From the NCBI GenBank assembly GCA_951406725.2, contig OX597823.1, forward strand, positions 105,648,001 through 105,712,000: a DNA stretch of 64,000 bases. The letters run 5' to 3'. The stretch is from Octopus vulgaris. Taxonomy: Eukaryota. The translations under genes were made by a program, and so were the position numbers. Below, one piece after another: positions 12,190-26,537 of this stretch; the first letter of the stretch is position 1, and each line of letters opens with the position of its first letter. The notes beneath the pieces were generated by a model. It was not told the DNA's origin and ran no database searches. It saw only the letters and a program-made list of their open reading frames with translations.

Positions 12190-13350
12190 TCTCTGAGGCT
12201 GATGCTGGACTTGTATAATATTTGTTTGTCTTTCTTCTTCTGCTTGTTGTTTTGTAGTATGTGTATCCACACATGCCCCTAGCATCCAGTTCCACTCTGC
12301 ATACCTATCACGATGTGTTTTCAGATAGTTTTCTCAAAGAATCAGTTAGATTCACCACTTTATTCAGATCGACTTCAGCTCCTTGAAAAGCTTTATTTGC
12401 ATATTGCTAAGATGAACAAGAACTCAATTCCAGAACTTAACTATCATAGCAGTTCCAAGACATTCTATTCGTCTGCCAGTGTCTGAGCTTCATATCTTGT
12501 TTCAGGTATATATTGTAAATCCTCTTCAGTATCTCCGAGTGCATTTTGAATGCATTTGTATCCACCAGCGTGGGCTTCAGTAGCATATACTCTTGTTGGT
12601 CAACGAGTTTCTCACCAGGTTTTCAAAGTTATCACTCGTTTATGTCCTTCCAAAAGTTTTATTAAATTTGCTTATCTGTGTGTTGATGCAGAAAAGAATA
12701 CTTGTATGCACTTCACATGGAGCCAAAATAGTTAACAATTTTAACGCAGCAAGAAGCAGTAGCTTGTCTAAGAAGATTGAGCGAATGATTAATTAATTAA
12801 TTAATTAAGGGGATGAAGACTGTAGTCGAGTTCTTTTCCTTGAGTTCGGTTTGTGTAGTGATCGAATGTATTACTGGCGTTGTTGTAGGACTGATCCGGC
12901 AGTTTTCAAGGTTTATAACCTATCTTTTAAGAAATTCTCACACAGATGTAGCCAGTACTGGTCTGCAGGAAAGTCTAAAGCTCCCAGAAACAACGTAAAG
13001 CGCAATAACTGTTGACTGGTCAACATTAGCTTGTTCTGGTGTTGAATCTACAGAAATTAAGTTATACTTGGCATTTTTATGTTCTGCTACAGTACGACTC
13101 CTATATTTTGCATTTAACAGAACAATTTCTTCGTAGATGGAAGGTGCTAAAAATGACAGCTTACCATTTCCTGGACTGCCAAATGTTTTCAAGTGACCCG
13201 GCAGAATGAATCAAATTGTACAATAAGTTCTATAATTTTCCCTAAAATTTACATGGTGCTTAGATTCTTTTTCTCCACACTCCCTAAATTCCAAGCCTCT
13301 TGTATTCCTGCACTACTTGTTTTCCCAACTTACAATTAACACGAGAACAT
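12190..13350 (-). pseudogene. Decayed hAT (Tip100/ZMYM1-like, DUF4371) transposase
   Basis: Minus-strand fragments in the expected order: RGLEFR..., IIELIVQFDSF, HLKTFGSPGNGKLSFL...KNAKYNLISVDSTPEQANVDQSTVI, HSLNLLRQATASCC, FFSASTHR, LKTW*ETR, FWN*VL. Multiple stops and frameshifts. Confidence 0.85.
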
Positions 13351-13571
13351 TCTCTACATAAAAGCTTAAACTGCAGCTGGGAATCCCTGTGGCCTTGGCT
13401 TTGTTCGTCTGCTTTTATTTTCTGCTCTCCTTATTTCCAATTATTAAAGCTTGTTGGAAAACCTGTCACAGCGGCTTAACATCAGTGTACAACAAACTGC
13501 TCTCTTGATGAGTTGTATTGGAGCCGCATTCTCAAACGTTGCTCACCATTGGTATGAGTAGTATAAAGACA

Positions 13572-13802
13572 GGCGGCGAGTTGGCAGAAACGTTAGCGCG
13601 CCTGACGAAATGCTTAGCGGTATTTCGTCTGTCTTTACGTTCTGAGTTCAAATTCCGCCGAGGTCGACTTTGCCTTTCATCCTTTCGGGGTCAATAAATT
13701 AAGTACCAGTTACGCACTGGGGTCGATGTAATCGACTTAATACCTATGTCTGTCCTTGTTTGTCCCCTCTATGTTTAGCCCTTTGTGGGCAATAAAGAAA
13801 TA
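13572..13802 (+). mobile_element. SINE family B, full length, Tx1-type tail, 13-bp TSD
   Basis: Family match; agtataaagacag at 13560-13572 and 13803-13815. Confidence 0.93.
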
Positions 13803-13854
13803 AGTATAAAGACAGACAGATAAGGAGACAGACAGGATGACAGACAGACAGACA

Positions 13855-13857
13855 GAC

Positions 13858-13893
<36 letters not shown>

Positions 13894-13925
13894 TGATAGA
13901 TAGCTTGATAGATAGACAGAGAAAC

Positions 13926-13957
<32 letters not shown>

Positions 13958-13966
13958 CGATAGATT

Positions 13967-14029
<63 letters not shown>

Positions 14030-14052
14030 CGATCGATAGGCAAGTAGATAGA
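13855..14052. repeat. (GATA)n microsatellite
   Basis: Direct reading. Confidence 0.95.
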
Positions 14053-14241
14053 TAGTAGTCATTGTCACCAGTTCAAATTCCAAACGTGTTTTTTTTTCCT
14101 ACCAATGACCCCGCTAAGACTCACTAATTTCAGGTTTTTGTACTTGTGATGAAAACACACACACACACGCGCGCGCGCGCGCAGACACACACACATGTAT
14201 ATATAATATGGCATTGCACACGCGGGCATATATAATATAGG

Positions 14242-14465
14242 TAAGGCGGCGAGCTGGCACAAATGCCAGCGAAATGCTTAGCAGTATTTCGTCAGCCGCT
14301 CCGTTCTGAGTTCAAATGCCGCCGAGGTCGACTTTGCCTTTCATCCTTTCGAGGTCGATAAATTAAGTACCAGTTATGCACTGGGGTCTATGTAATTGAC
14401 TTAAACCCTTTGTCTGTCCTAATTTGTCCCCTCTGTGTTTAGCCCCTTGTGGGCAATAAAGAAAT
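14242..14465 (+). mobile_element. SINE family B, Tx1-type tail, 15-bp TSD
   Basis: Family match; catatataatatagg at 14227-14241 and 14466-14480. Confidence 0.93.
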
Positions 14466-14735
14466 CATATATAATATAGGATTGATGAATTTGCCATAAA
14501 TCTATTGAAATATTTATGCCACTGAAAATCGAACACTTGTAGCGAAGACAGCTTGCCTGGGAGCTTACCTGTTCAACTGTAGATCTCACATCTGCAACTT
14601 ATAGTCAAGTTTAAGCTCTCATATTGTAGTGCTTTTGTTAAAAAATATTATTTCACATTACTTTTGTGGTTTTGTACAAATGCAGGAAACAATTCTTACA
14701 TAGGATATAAAATACTGAATTCTATTCATTTTGAT

Positions 14736-14937
14736 TTCTTCTTCTTCTTCTTCTTCTTCTTCTTCTTCTTCTTCTTCTTCTTCTTCTTCTTCTTCTTCTT
14801 CTTCTTCTTCTTCTTCTTCTTCTTCTTTTCCTTCTCATCATCATCATCATCATCGTCATCATCATCGTCATCATCATGATCATCATGATCATGATCATCA
14901 TCATCATCAGCATCATCATTATTATTATTATTATTAC

Positions 14938-15012
<75 letters not shown>
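14736..15012. repeat. Compound (TTC)n-(CAT)n-(ATT)n microsatellite
   Basis: Direct reading. Confidence 0.95.
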
Positions 15013-15013
<1 letters not shown>

Positions 15014-15466
15014 TCAGTTATACATTTCTATTGGCAATATAGAAAAATAATTTGTTCCCTTGAGCAAGGAACTTCATGAGTTTTTTTATTTATTTTGTAT
15101 ATGTGATGTGCTAAGATACATGCTCTGCTATTGTATCTGAATTTGAATAAAGCAGTTACAAATGAATAATGATCTAAAATTTCTCAGAGCTATTTTGATA
15201 GAAATCTCGACCAAAATTTCTTGAATATTTAAAAGATCTTAAGTTTCATGAATCAAGATTTAGATTAAAGTTTTAAATGTATTTTAGGCAAAGTATTTTC
15301 AGTGAAAGTATACTTTGTCGAAATGATATATAAATGGTATTAAGCTTTGTTTTCGAAAAGAAATTATCTCGTTAGTTTAACTACATTTTTTTTTCAGAAG
15401 TCAGCGATGAGAAGTTATTGTTCAGTATGTGATAACGTCAAATCAGAATATGAATTATGCGAATGT

Positions 15467-15621
15467 ACCGGAAGTTATATGCAAGTTGGACGAGGGCAGA
15501 ACGTACAATTAATAAATAATGAAAAGTAATTAAATTTGATTATGCATCGGAAGCGGAAGTTGGTTTGTCTACCTAAGAAATGTTAATAAGTGAAATGTAT
15601 TGGACTGAATCAAAGATGGCG
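15467..15621 (+). promoter_or_regulatory. Candidate ETS + YY1 promoter-like motif cluster
   Basis: ACCGGAAGT (15467-15475), tandem CGGAAG-CGGAAGT (15548-15560) and AAGATGGCG (15613-15621) in non-repetitive sequence; no downstream exon identified. Confidence 0.25.
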
Positions 15622-15991
15622 TATATTTTTAGACGTTTCACGGTTGAAAACAAAAGCAAAAAAAAAAACAAAAAAAAACAAAACAAAATAAAACAAATAA
15701 AAAATATTTTTAAAAATGATAATAATAACAAAATAGAAAAAGGATGAATTCTGCTAGAAATTTGCTCCAGATTTGCTTTGTGAGAAAATAACAAGAAGCC
15801 TCAGTATAATACTCGAAGAATCAGAATTATCTACCGCAATTGCACATTCTTATTCTGTTGTACTCTTTAGGCTGGGTGTTATATGAGTGACAGGAAGCAA
15901 TCTACACTAAAGAGACTGTATATATTTTCACCCTTTCCCAATTAAACGTCACCAAGCAAAAGTTTAAATATATAATATAAAAAAAATTCAC

Positions 15992-16338
15992 GGCTTGCTT
16001 ACCAACCACATGGGTCCGGGTTCAGTCCCACAGCGTGGCACCTAGGGCAAGTGTCTTCTACTATAGCCTCGGGCCGACTAAAGCCTTGTGAGTGGACTTG
16101 GTAGACGGAAACTGAAAGAAGCCCGTCGTATATATGTGTATGTGTGTGTATATGTTATGTATCTGTGTTTGTTCCCCCAACATCGTTTGACAACCGATGC
16201 TGGTGTGTTTACGTCCCCGTAATTTAGCGTTTCGGCAAAATAGCCGATAGAATAAGTACTAGGTTTACAAAGAATAAGTCCTAAGGTTGATTTGATTCGA
16301 CTAAAGGTGGTGCTGCAGCATGGCCGCAGTCAAACGAC
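15992..16338 (+). mobile_element. SINE family A (tRNA-derived, CORE-like), near full length
   Basis: B-box-like gggttcagtccc, CORE-like cctagggcaagtg, internal TA/TG microsatellite, tail ...cagcatggccgcagtcaaa. Confidence 0.9.
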
Positions 16339-16559
16339 ATGAAGTATTTTGTTAGTAGGAAGAGGGTAAACTATGAAACCAAACACATTAATTCCATCAA
16401 AATGGATGGTACGACATTAAATTCAGTTCATACTCAGAACCGGTCAAAACTGGACAGATACCAAATAAATAACAAATTTAATATCTTCTGGTCCTTTTCT
16501 TCAAGCAAAATGATATTTCAATGCCTCTACTAACAATTATTCACGTTTTATAAAGCTTA

Positions 16560-17170
16560 GGCGAGGTTCTCAAAGGGGAATTGCTCTCATATCTAGAACA
16601 GTGCGGCTGTTTCAGATATTGACATCATGGGCCATCTCTAGAAAAGTTTTATCTGACAGCTTATCAAGAAGTCGCTAGTCCACTGGCTCACTGTCTCCTC
16701 TCATTGTCTCTTCTACTGCAACCATAACGGTCTCTGTTCCTTGGAACTATTTCAGTTTATGCCATTTTCCCTCATATGTTCCCGATCCACTCAAAAATAT
16801 TATTCCCAGAACGTCGATTTAAGAGATTCCTTCCTTTGCCATAAGTATTGACTTATGAAGGTTCAAAAGAAACAATAGTAACATCCATCTCGCTGGTTTC
16901 GACAGAAAGCAGGGCACCGCTCCTTCTTCGAGACAGTGCAGAGAAACAGAAACCTTTCTTCAAAGTGAATGATTCTGTTGAAAATGTCAGTCATCTCTTC
17001 TTCCTCTCGATATGCTAGCTTATCCGTCTTTGCAGCCATCACTAGCTTCTTCAGAATTTACTGCTTTCTGATATAAAGAATCTCGCCAGATGAGACACGC
17101 GATTCCATCTCCGATTTTCTCATTCGGGATATATTTCTTAAAACGGAACATCGAAATGTTAGAATGATTT
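16560..17170 (+). pseudogene. Possible highly decayed L1/Tx1 ORF2 C-terminus (zf-RVT-like)
   Basis: In-frame LLLRDSAEKQKPFFKVNDSVENVSHLFF resembles the LPxRD...E-x-x-x-HLFF-x-C pattern, but the cysteines are lost; weak. Confidence 0.3.
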
Positions 17171-17685
17171 GGTCTGGATCCCCGTGAAATTTGAACTTGT
17201 GCTGCCTAGTTTTGGTTTCCAATGCTATTCTTTATACAATGTAATTACGCTAATAGGTTAGATTTGTTGCATAACCTCAAGTATAATCAGACTAAAGATA
17301 ATGAAATGTACTTACAAATTCACAAACAAATCGCATATTTATTTCATCAAAGTAGATGATATGACATTAAGCTGAATCCACATCCGGATCCGACCGGAAC
17401 TGGACAGATTTTAAATCTATCCATTATCAACAAATTGACTGCGTTCAAATAGAGGTAGGAGGATTTCAGGCGACCTTGTAATCTTTTAACATGACGGAAT
17501 TTATTACAATATTCCTTATGAAGAAAAAAAAAACAAAGAACAAAACAAAACAAAAAACAAAAAGAAGAAACAGAAATCGAAGAAAGTATGAAATATCTTA
17601 GAGAATGAAGGAAGACAAAAATTATTGAACACCACGTGATATCATTTTTTCCCCCTTTGGTTTGATGCAATTTGAAATGTAATCG

Positions 17686-17729
<44 letters not shown>

Positions 17730-18104
17730 TTCAGTTGAAGACTAACAATGAAGGCATTTTTTTTCATCCTAGTAGATAAGCATTGTTATTCTGTTCCATT
17801 AATAAATGAAACTGGTGTTCTTGTTACGAAGCTGAAATGTCAAAAGACTAAACGATGTGTGCAATTTCCACTTACAATATACAGACAGCAGAATTATGAA
17901 GGACTATAATTCAATATATATTATTCATCGCAATAATTGCCGATATAAGTATGTATGTATCTATGTATGTACATACATACATACATACATATCATAAATA
18001 CACACAGACGCACACACATATATATAGTATTATATATATGCATATATATAGGTATATTTGTATGTATGTGTATATATATCTATATCTATATCTATCTATC
18101 TATC

Positions 18105-18196
<92 letters not shown>

Positions 18197-18280
18197 TGTA
18201 TGTATGTATGTATATATATGCATGCGTATGTGTTTGCATGTTTGAGAGAGTATGTGTGTGTGTGTGTGACTCATGTCAGT

Positions 18281-18345
<65 letters not shown>

Positions 18346-19218
18346 CATGTGTGCGTGCGCGCATTTGTGTCGATGTGTGCACGTGTGTATGTAAACATAT
18401 GTGTATGTGTGTCTGCATGCGCTTATATTTGATGTATGTATAAATGTATCTGCAGTGTTTGTGTGTGTGTGATTGGGACAAAGAAATTTAACTTTGTCTG
18501 TATTAATACTTCCAGCCTGCTGATCAAAAACACACGTTCTGTCTAGTCTTATCTGTGTCTGTTTTGCTAAAAGCATTAAAGAATAACTCTTTCTTGCAAC
18601 CAACAAATGATACAAACCCACCACTCTTTTATTTATTTTTTTACCATTTCTTTTTTTCTTTTTCTTTTCTTTTGGCTTTCTTTAGTTTTCGCAAGACATT
18701 ACTTGTTGGAAGTAAGCTAAAATAAACTAAAATATACAGAAAACTGTTTACTTATATAGAAGATATCGATGTGAACGGTATTTTTGTTATTGGTTTAAAA
18801 TAGTTTCGTAGACATAAAAAGAAGAGGAAGAGCAAGAGAGAGAGGAAGAGAGAGAGAGAGAGAGAAAGCGAAAGTGATAGTGAAAGAGATAGAGAAAGAG
18901 AAAGAGAGAGAGACAAAGAAATATACAGTCTCTCTCTCTCTCTCTCTCTCTTTCTTTCTTATACACTTACATACACACACGTATGTAAACATGGGAAGAT
19001 TGAGTAAGTGAAAGACTTTTAGAACAAACATACGCTATTAATTAATTTCTTATACAAATTTTGATAAACTCTGCACAGTCATGTAACAGATTAGGCATTA
19101 TATTTTAAGGGAAATCATTATCTAAAGGTTGATATGTTCTTGGTACCTCCACGAGATTTTAGAACAAATTTATGTGTAAAGAATTGGTTTTGAAAGGTCA
19201 GCATAAGTCAACGGAAAC

Positions 19219-19761
19219 ATTGCTCAGTCTAAATAAGGCACCAACATCAAAAAGTTCTTCTTAGGCGAGGTAATCAGTTCAAGTTGTTTAGTCTGGTTAA
19301 GGCAACCATATGAAATTGTTCAGCCTATGTAAATTAGCCACAACGCGCTGCTCATTCTGCATAAGTTAACCACATCACATTGTTCAGCCTAACCATACCA
19401 TATTGTTCAGCCTAACCATACCACATTATTCAGTCTAGACGAGCTGGCAGAAGCGTTAGCACGTCGGGCGAAATGCGTAGCCGTATTTCGTCTGCCGTTA
19501 CATTCTGAGTTCAAATTCCGCCGAGGTCGACTTTGTCTTTCATCCTTTCGGGATCGATAAATTAAGTACCATTTACGCACTAGGGTCGATGTAATCGACT
19601 TAATCAGTTTGTCTCTCCTTGTTTGTCCCCTCTATGTTTAGCCCCTTGTGGGTAATAAAGAAACAATTGTTCAGTCTATGTAAAGTAACTATACCACATT
19701 GTTCCGTTCATGTATTGTAACGACATTTAATAGTCCAGTCTATGTAAGGCAGTGACATTAA
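19219..19761. repeat. Degenerate 32-bp minisatellite interrupted by a SINE
   Basis: Units start at 19219, 19251, 19283, 19315, 19347, then two 23-bp deleted units (19379, 19402), a split unit (19425/19666), 19698 and 19730. Approximate consensus attgttcagyctatgtaaggtaaccacatcac. Confidence 0.8.
19438..19665 (+). mobile_element. SINE family B, Tx1-type tail
   Basis: Family match; probable TSD attattcagtcta (19425-19437) / attgttcagtcta (19666-19678). Confidence 0.92.
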
Positions 19762-20089
19762 TTAGGTAAAGCAACTAATTAATTGCTTACTGTATGGATG
19801 CTGAACACATCACGTTTTCCACTCTTTGCGTTGAAGTAAATCGCATTTGCACTGACTCTTTCCTTGCCTCTTCTTTCCTTCTTTCCAAAACCTTTCATAC
19901 CCGTTGTCCCGTCTGACGTAGCAGACATTTTTTCACATATTGGAAAGGGCGTCTTTGAAACAATCCATTAGTGGACATGTCGAAACATTCCTTCGCACTT
20001 GAGGACCAGAGATGTGCCACTGTTCTTTTCAACATTTCCTCGACTACTGCTTCTGATAGAGAGGCGTATCCTTTGTGATATACTCTGCC

Positions 20090-20523
20090 TGTTACATGGT
20101 GATCTCACATCAAGATAAACAGTGCATGACTTTGCAGGTGGGACCCAGTTAGAATTTTCTTCAGGTTGAGTAGCCCATCTCACACAAAAGGTCCCTGAAT
20201 AAGGGTTGTTTAAGGATGTTGAACAAAACACACATGTTTCCAAAGGTGAATTATCCAAACCCCAAAGAATTCCTCTCAACACATGGCTATGATGCTCCCC
20301 CACTACTTCTGCTCGTGAACAGAGATGCACATATCATCAGCCACTAAGGGACATGGTCAACTGGTTAAGGTCAAACAACTGAGAAGCAAATCTGTGGTAT
20401 TGAACAGAATATTTGCTGTAGCCTATCTTTTATACCAAGACAAAACAATGTACATGATAGCACTTGCAATCAGTTGAGATCAAAAGCCAAGAGAGCCACT
20501 GCCTGGTACTGCCTCAGGGCATT
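20090..20523 (+). mobile_element. Probable interspersed repeat (LINE 3'-UTR-like), family unassigned
   Basis: Compositionally distinct non-coding block ending gcctggtactgcctcagggcatt. Recalled as an abundant octopus repeat, but no second copy exists in this window. Confidence 0.3.
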
Positions 20524-20601
20524 GCTCCCCATTATTTCTGCTCGTGTATTATCATCATCATCATCATCATCATTATTATTGTTGTTGTTGTTGCTATTAT
20601 T

Positions 20602-20970
20602 ATATATTAGACTTTCGCTTTGTATTTGTACAAGTTGGCTCCAATTCTCACCCAGAGACCTGAAGAGACAAGTTAGAAGTTCATGCTGGTGTTATGCCTG
20701 GGTGTCATATATTTGGTTTTGCACATTGTGTTGTTCTAGAGAGTGTTTAAGAAAACATACGAAATTGTGAGTTTTTTTTCCAAAATTTGAGATTTCATAG
20801 ACAGTATTTTACGTAGTATATGGGCAGTTCCCATAAGCACTATCTTTTGAATTTCTGCCATTTTGGGGTTTCCTGGTATCTTAACTAGGTAGGAATCAGC
20901 CTTTTTTGCTATCATTCTTAGAGCACCTATGACAACAGGCATTGTTTTAGTCTTGAGGTTCCACATTTTG
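20602..20970 (-). mobile_element. R4/Dong 5'-truncated copy (REL C-terminus + 3' UTR)
   Basis: Encodes KMWNLKTKTMPVVIGALRMIAK...GTAHILRKILSM, matching 45586-46398; its 3' end abuts an ATT/GTT/ATC triplet array. Confidence 0.92.
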
Positions 20971-21189
20971 TCATCCATAGCCACCGGTCCTCCGTATCTG
21001 TTTTGGCGTTCATATCTCTTGCAAACTGACCGTACATTTTTTCCTTCCATGCTTTTTCTTTTCTTGTTTCTTTCTTTTTTTGTCTTGTTTAGATTTTTCT
21101 TTCATTACATAATTTTCAGTTTTAACGACGCCGGTCTTCTTCATGCGTTTGAACAGCGGCTACACGGCATTTTATATATACCACCCTAG

Positions 21190-21400
21190 ACTACAATCCT
21201 AGCAGCTGATCAAACCTCTCTCGCCCTTTCTTCTGGACAAGTACAACCTATCGGTGTCACTCTTAGAGTGGAAGGTTCCGTGTACAGTCAACATTTTTCT
21301 GGTCTTGGTATCCATTTTCTTAATTTCTCTCTTTTGCCATTTTATAATTCCCGCTCCATACCGAAGTGATGCTATCGCTCACGTACTAACACAAACACTG
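21190..21400 (-). pseudogene. R4/Dong reverse-transcriptase thumb fragment
   Basis: Minus strand AIASLRYGAGIIKWQKREIKKMDTKTRKMLTVHGTFHSKSDTDRLYLSRRKGERGLISC, the R2/R4-type RLYLxRxxGGRGL motif. Confidence 0.85.
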
Positions 21401-21974
21401 AACAGGGTCCAGATAGACAAAGAAAAATTGCTACAACAGCTGAGAAGTGTTGGTCTCAAAACAAAGACCGAAAGCTTCATGAATGTGGCACAGAAACAAA
21501 GCTTTTACACGTGCATACATACATACGTACACGCGCTCAAATATATACAGGCACACTCAGAAACACTATTATATAAGGACCATGAGCTCATATGCATGTA
21601 AATGTATGCATACACACACAGACATACACACACACTGTGTATATATAGATATATGTATACGTGTAAACAAAGTAAAATATTTTAAGTTTATGACATATCA
21701 GAGGTTCGACGTCTGAATGAAATAGAATATATCTTGACCGGCCGTCAAATAAATTGATTCTAAATTCAAATGGACAAAAGTGAGAGTAATGCCCTTAACT
21801 CATGGATCGCCTAATTAGTGTGGATACTCTTTATTGTTCAAAACACACGCAGTCCTCCTAGTTGTCACGGCTATTACAAAGGAGATAATTTTTGTTTCTG
21901 TATTTCTTGCAAATTATCGAAATTCCACAAACATATTACACATCTTTATTGTAATATGTGTAATACTATTTGAA

Positions 21975-22098
21975 GGCGGCGAGCTGGCAGAATCATTTGA
22001 ATGTCAGGCAAAATTCTTAGCGTATTTCGTCCGTCCTTAAGCCTTACGTTCTGAGTTAAAATTCCGCCGAGGTCGACTTTGTCTTTCATCTTTTCGAG
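21975..22098 (+). mobile_element. SINE family B, 5' half
   Basis: ggcggcgagctggcagaatc...gttctgagttaaaattccgccgaggtcgactttgtctttcatc. Confidence 0.85.
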
Positions 22099-23640
22099 AC
22101 AAAGGATGAAAGGAGGCTGCGACCATGCTGGATCACCGCCTTTAGTGTAATTAATTTGAATTTCACACTCATTTCCCGACCCTCTGTTTGGACTTCTTTC
22201 TAGTGAAGTAACCAGTTGGACAGAGCTGATTTTCTTTGCCGTTCATGCCGCGATGTGGATTCATCTGGTATATTTTATTTTATTTTTATTTACTTCATCT
22301 AGTTTCAGCTCACGAGCTGTGGCCATGCTGGGGCACAGCCATTTATAAAATTTACTAAAATTTGTCCAAATGTTATTCGGACTCACCCACATCTACCTAC
22401 ACCTGAGATTCTGAGGCAGAATGTCGAACCTCTGTGGGCACTTGAGCCTCAAATGTAACGGTAGTGGGTCCTTATTTTAGATAGAGACAAAAATTATTAC
22501 TCAAACTATATATTGAAATTCCGCTGTAATGCACAAATGGTTACACTTTTCAGGAGGCTGTCATTCTGGTCTGGCTCCGCATTTTTATCCAATTACTAAA
22601 ACCAGATTGCTGGTGAAGCGACAAAGGAAAATAATTTATATGATGCGAGAAAACGAAAGCATACGTAGAAGCTTGCAGTTTAGAGAAGTGGCTCAGGAAT
22701 CTGTCGCGGAAGACAATATTTTTATGAAAATGTTATCTGTTTTACATACGTATGCAAAGAAAGCAGCTCTAAAGCGAGTAAAGTGATTGTTCCTATTCGT
22801 AATAATAATGTGAAAAATAAGAAAAATAACGAAAAATTAAAGAATCTATCGCGTCTCTATAACTGTGTGCATGCGTCGATAAATACATACATACATACAT
22901 ATATACATACGTATATACATATATATGCATACACAAGTATAAATGCACACACACAACATATATACACATACATACACATTCACACGCACACATATATATA
23001 TGTATGTATCTATGCATGCATGTCTGTATATATGTAGGCTTGAATGTATGTATATATGTATGTATGCTTGAATGTATGTATATATAAGTATGTATATGTG
23101 TGTATATGTATATATATTCCCATTAAAAATCGATATGCAGCAGAGAAAGGATTTATCGCAGAAAACTGTTGAAGATTCTAGGAATTATGCAAACCAAAAC
23201 TCTCCAAATAAGACCAAGACAACCAAATTATAGTGCCGAAGACTTATACAGAGATAAATTTTACTAAGAATAGAATCCTTACCATGAAGAATTTCGTGGG
23301 TAGATATTGGGTGGGATATTCGGTTTTATTGCTGTTTTGTGCTGTTGTTGTATAAAGACGGAAATAAGGAAATATCAAGGATACGAGGAATGGTGGTGGT
23401 GATAGTGGAGAAACAGAATGGAAAATAATGATGGCGCTATGTGTTATAAATAGTCTTGTAGTGTAGATTAATAATATATGTAGATAAGGAGACGTAAATA
23501 TATGTAGAATTAGCTGATGTATGCTGGATATGTGTGTGTGTATGCGTGTGTGTTTGCGTTTCTGTGTGTATGCGAGTGAGTGTGTATATGTGTGCACGTG
23601 TGCATGTATATATCTGCGAATGTATGTGTGTATATATATG

Positions 23641-23671
<31 letters not shown>

Positions 23672-23721
23672 GTCTGTATATTTATGTATGTATATATATA
23701 GAGAGATATATATATGTATAC

Positions 23722-23770
<49 letters not shown>

Positions 23771-23797
23771 AATATACATACACACATACATACATAC

Positions 23798-23834
<37 letters not shown>

Positions 23835-23975
23835 TACCTATCTCTCTATCTCGACATATACTTGTGCTCTTCGCGCCTGTAATACAAACATCGATTTGCA
23901 CGTGCCTCTGTATAAATGCACGTATGTATTCATACTTCTATATATATTAATGAACGTGTTGTGTATGGAAGTATA

Positions 23976-24034
<59 letters not shown>

Positions 24035-24689
24035 GTATATGTATATATATATATATTATATACATACATATTTATACATATATATATGTGAGGGTGTGCG
24101 TGGGTGTGTTTAGGCGTGTATGTTGAGTGTGTGTCTGTATGTGTTTGTTCGTATATGCATACACACACGTATACACTCACTCTTTCATTCGTAGACATGC
24201 GCAGTAGAAAATTAAAGTACATTGACACACATATGTACGTCCAAACATATTAACACACAAGTATATACATTTATTGTATACAAGTATATAGGTCATCGCA
24301 TCAAGACTCCTATCATGTGTGTGTGTGTGTATGTATATGAGTGTGTATATATGTACACATATGTACGCACACATATATACATATATATATATACATTCAT
24401 ATAAATATATATGTATATATGTATGTATATACATATATACATGCATGTATATACATATATATATGTATGTATGTATGTATACACGTGCATATACACATAT
24501 ATATATATATGTGTGTATGTATATATATATATATATATATGCACTCACGCTTTACGGAAACACCGCTGTATAAATGTGATTGCAACTTGCACGACTCTTA
24601 TTTAATTTAACCTTCAAAATGAAAATAGTTAACTCTATTCGTGTAGTGAGTTATTAATGCATATTTAAAAACATATACACCAGTATACA

Positions 24690-24777
<88 letters not shown>

Positions 24778-24972
24778 ATACTTAATCATATCAAAGGTAA
24801 ATGGAAATTAATTAAAGCTATCATTTCCAGTGGCGTAACGTGTAAAAATTTAGTCCAGCGACTATGTATTAGTCATAAAATAGAGTGTACATTTAAACAC
24901 ATAAGGAATCACACGTGGGATTCAACACGCTAGAAAGAACAGCTAATTTCTGTAACATTATTTTATGACTTA

Positions 24973-25057
<85 letters not shown>

Positions 25058-25071
25058 CATCATAAACGCAC

Positions 25072-25146
<75 letters not shown>

Positions 25147-25163
25147 CATACAAACATACATAT

Positions 25164-25681
<518 letters not shown>

Positions 25682-25994
25682 TTAAGTAATATATATATGT
25701 ATATATCCTAAAAATGTCAAACGGTTAAATAAATATAACCAGCTGTCATACCGCCTGATATTTCTGGTTTATATTCATATATTGTATGTATGTATGTATC
25801 TATTATATATTATATATGTATCTATTATATATGTATGTATGTATGTATATATGTATGTATGTATGCATGCATGTTCGTAAGTATGCATGTAAATACACAT
25901 ATATACGCTTACATAATATATGCATGCGTATATATATTTGTATTCATAAATGCATACATAACATATTCATAAAAACACACAATACATGCATATA

Positions 25995-26088
<94 letters not shown>

Positions 26089-26438
26089 TTTATATGCTTG
26101 TAGATACACACACACATATATATATATAGTATACACACAAATTTCGTTTAATTTGCTTTGCGGGAAGAACTGTATAACCAGTCGCGTCTTGTCCTAGACT
26201 TCGGAATGCGGATTAGATAAAAGAGGGGACAACTGATGAAGGGATTGTTCCTTATGTTGCCCGTCTCGTTTCTCTATTTGTTTCTTTCGTTGTCCGAAAA
26301 TAAATTTCGTCTCCCGTGTTTTTGTTTTTTTATGTTCTCTTTTTCATTTTGTTCACGTTTTGTTTTCGACGTCCTGTAGCCATATATGCGTGTATACATA
26401 CATATATATGTAGGTATGTACATATATGTATGTATATA

Positions 26439-26537
<99 letters not shown>

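Noticed and set aside
16700-16800. Gypsy-RT-like 'FQFMPFSL' motif
   Set aside because: No YxDD or other RT motifs at the right spacing; the region fits a decayed L1/Tx1 C-terminus slightly better, and that call is itself weak.
19219-19761. CRISPR-like periodic array
   Set aside because: The units are contiguous degenerate tandem copies without unique spacers; the context is eukaryotic and there are no cas genes.
22529-22786. 85-aa non-repetitive ORF
   Set aside because: No recognisable motif or supporting exon structure.
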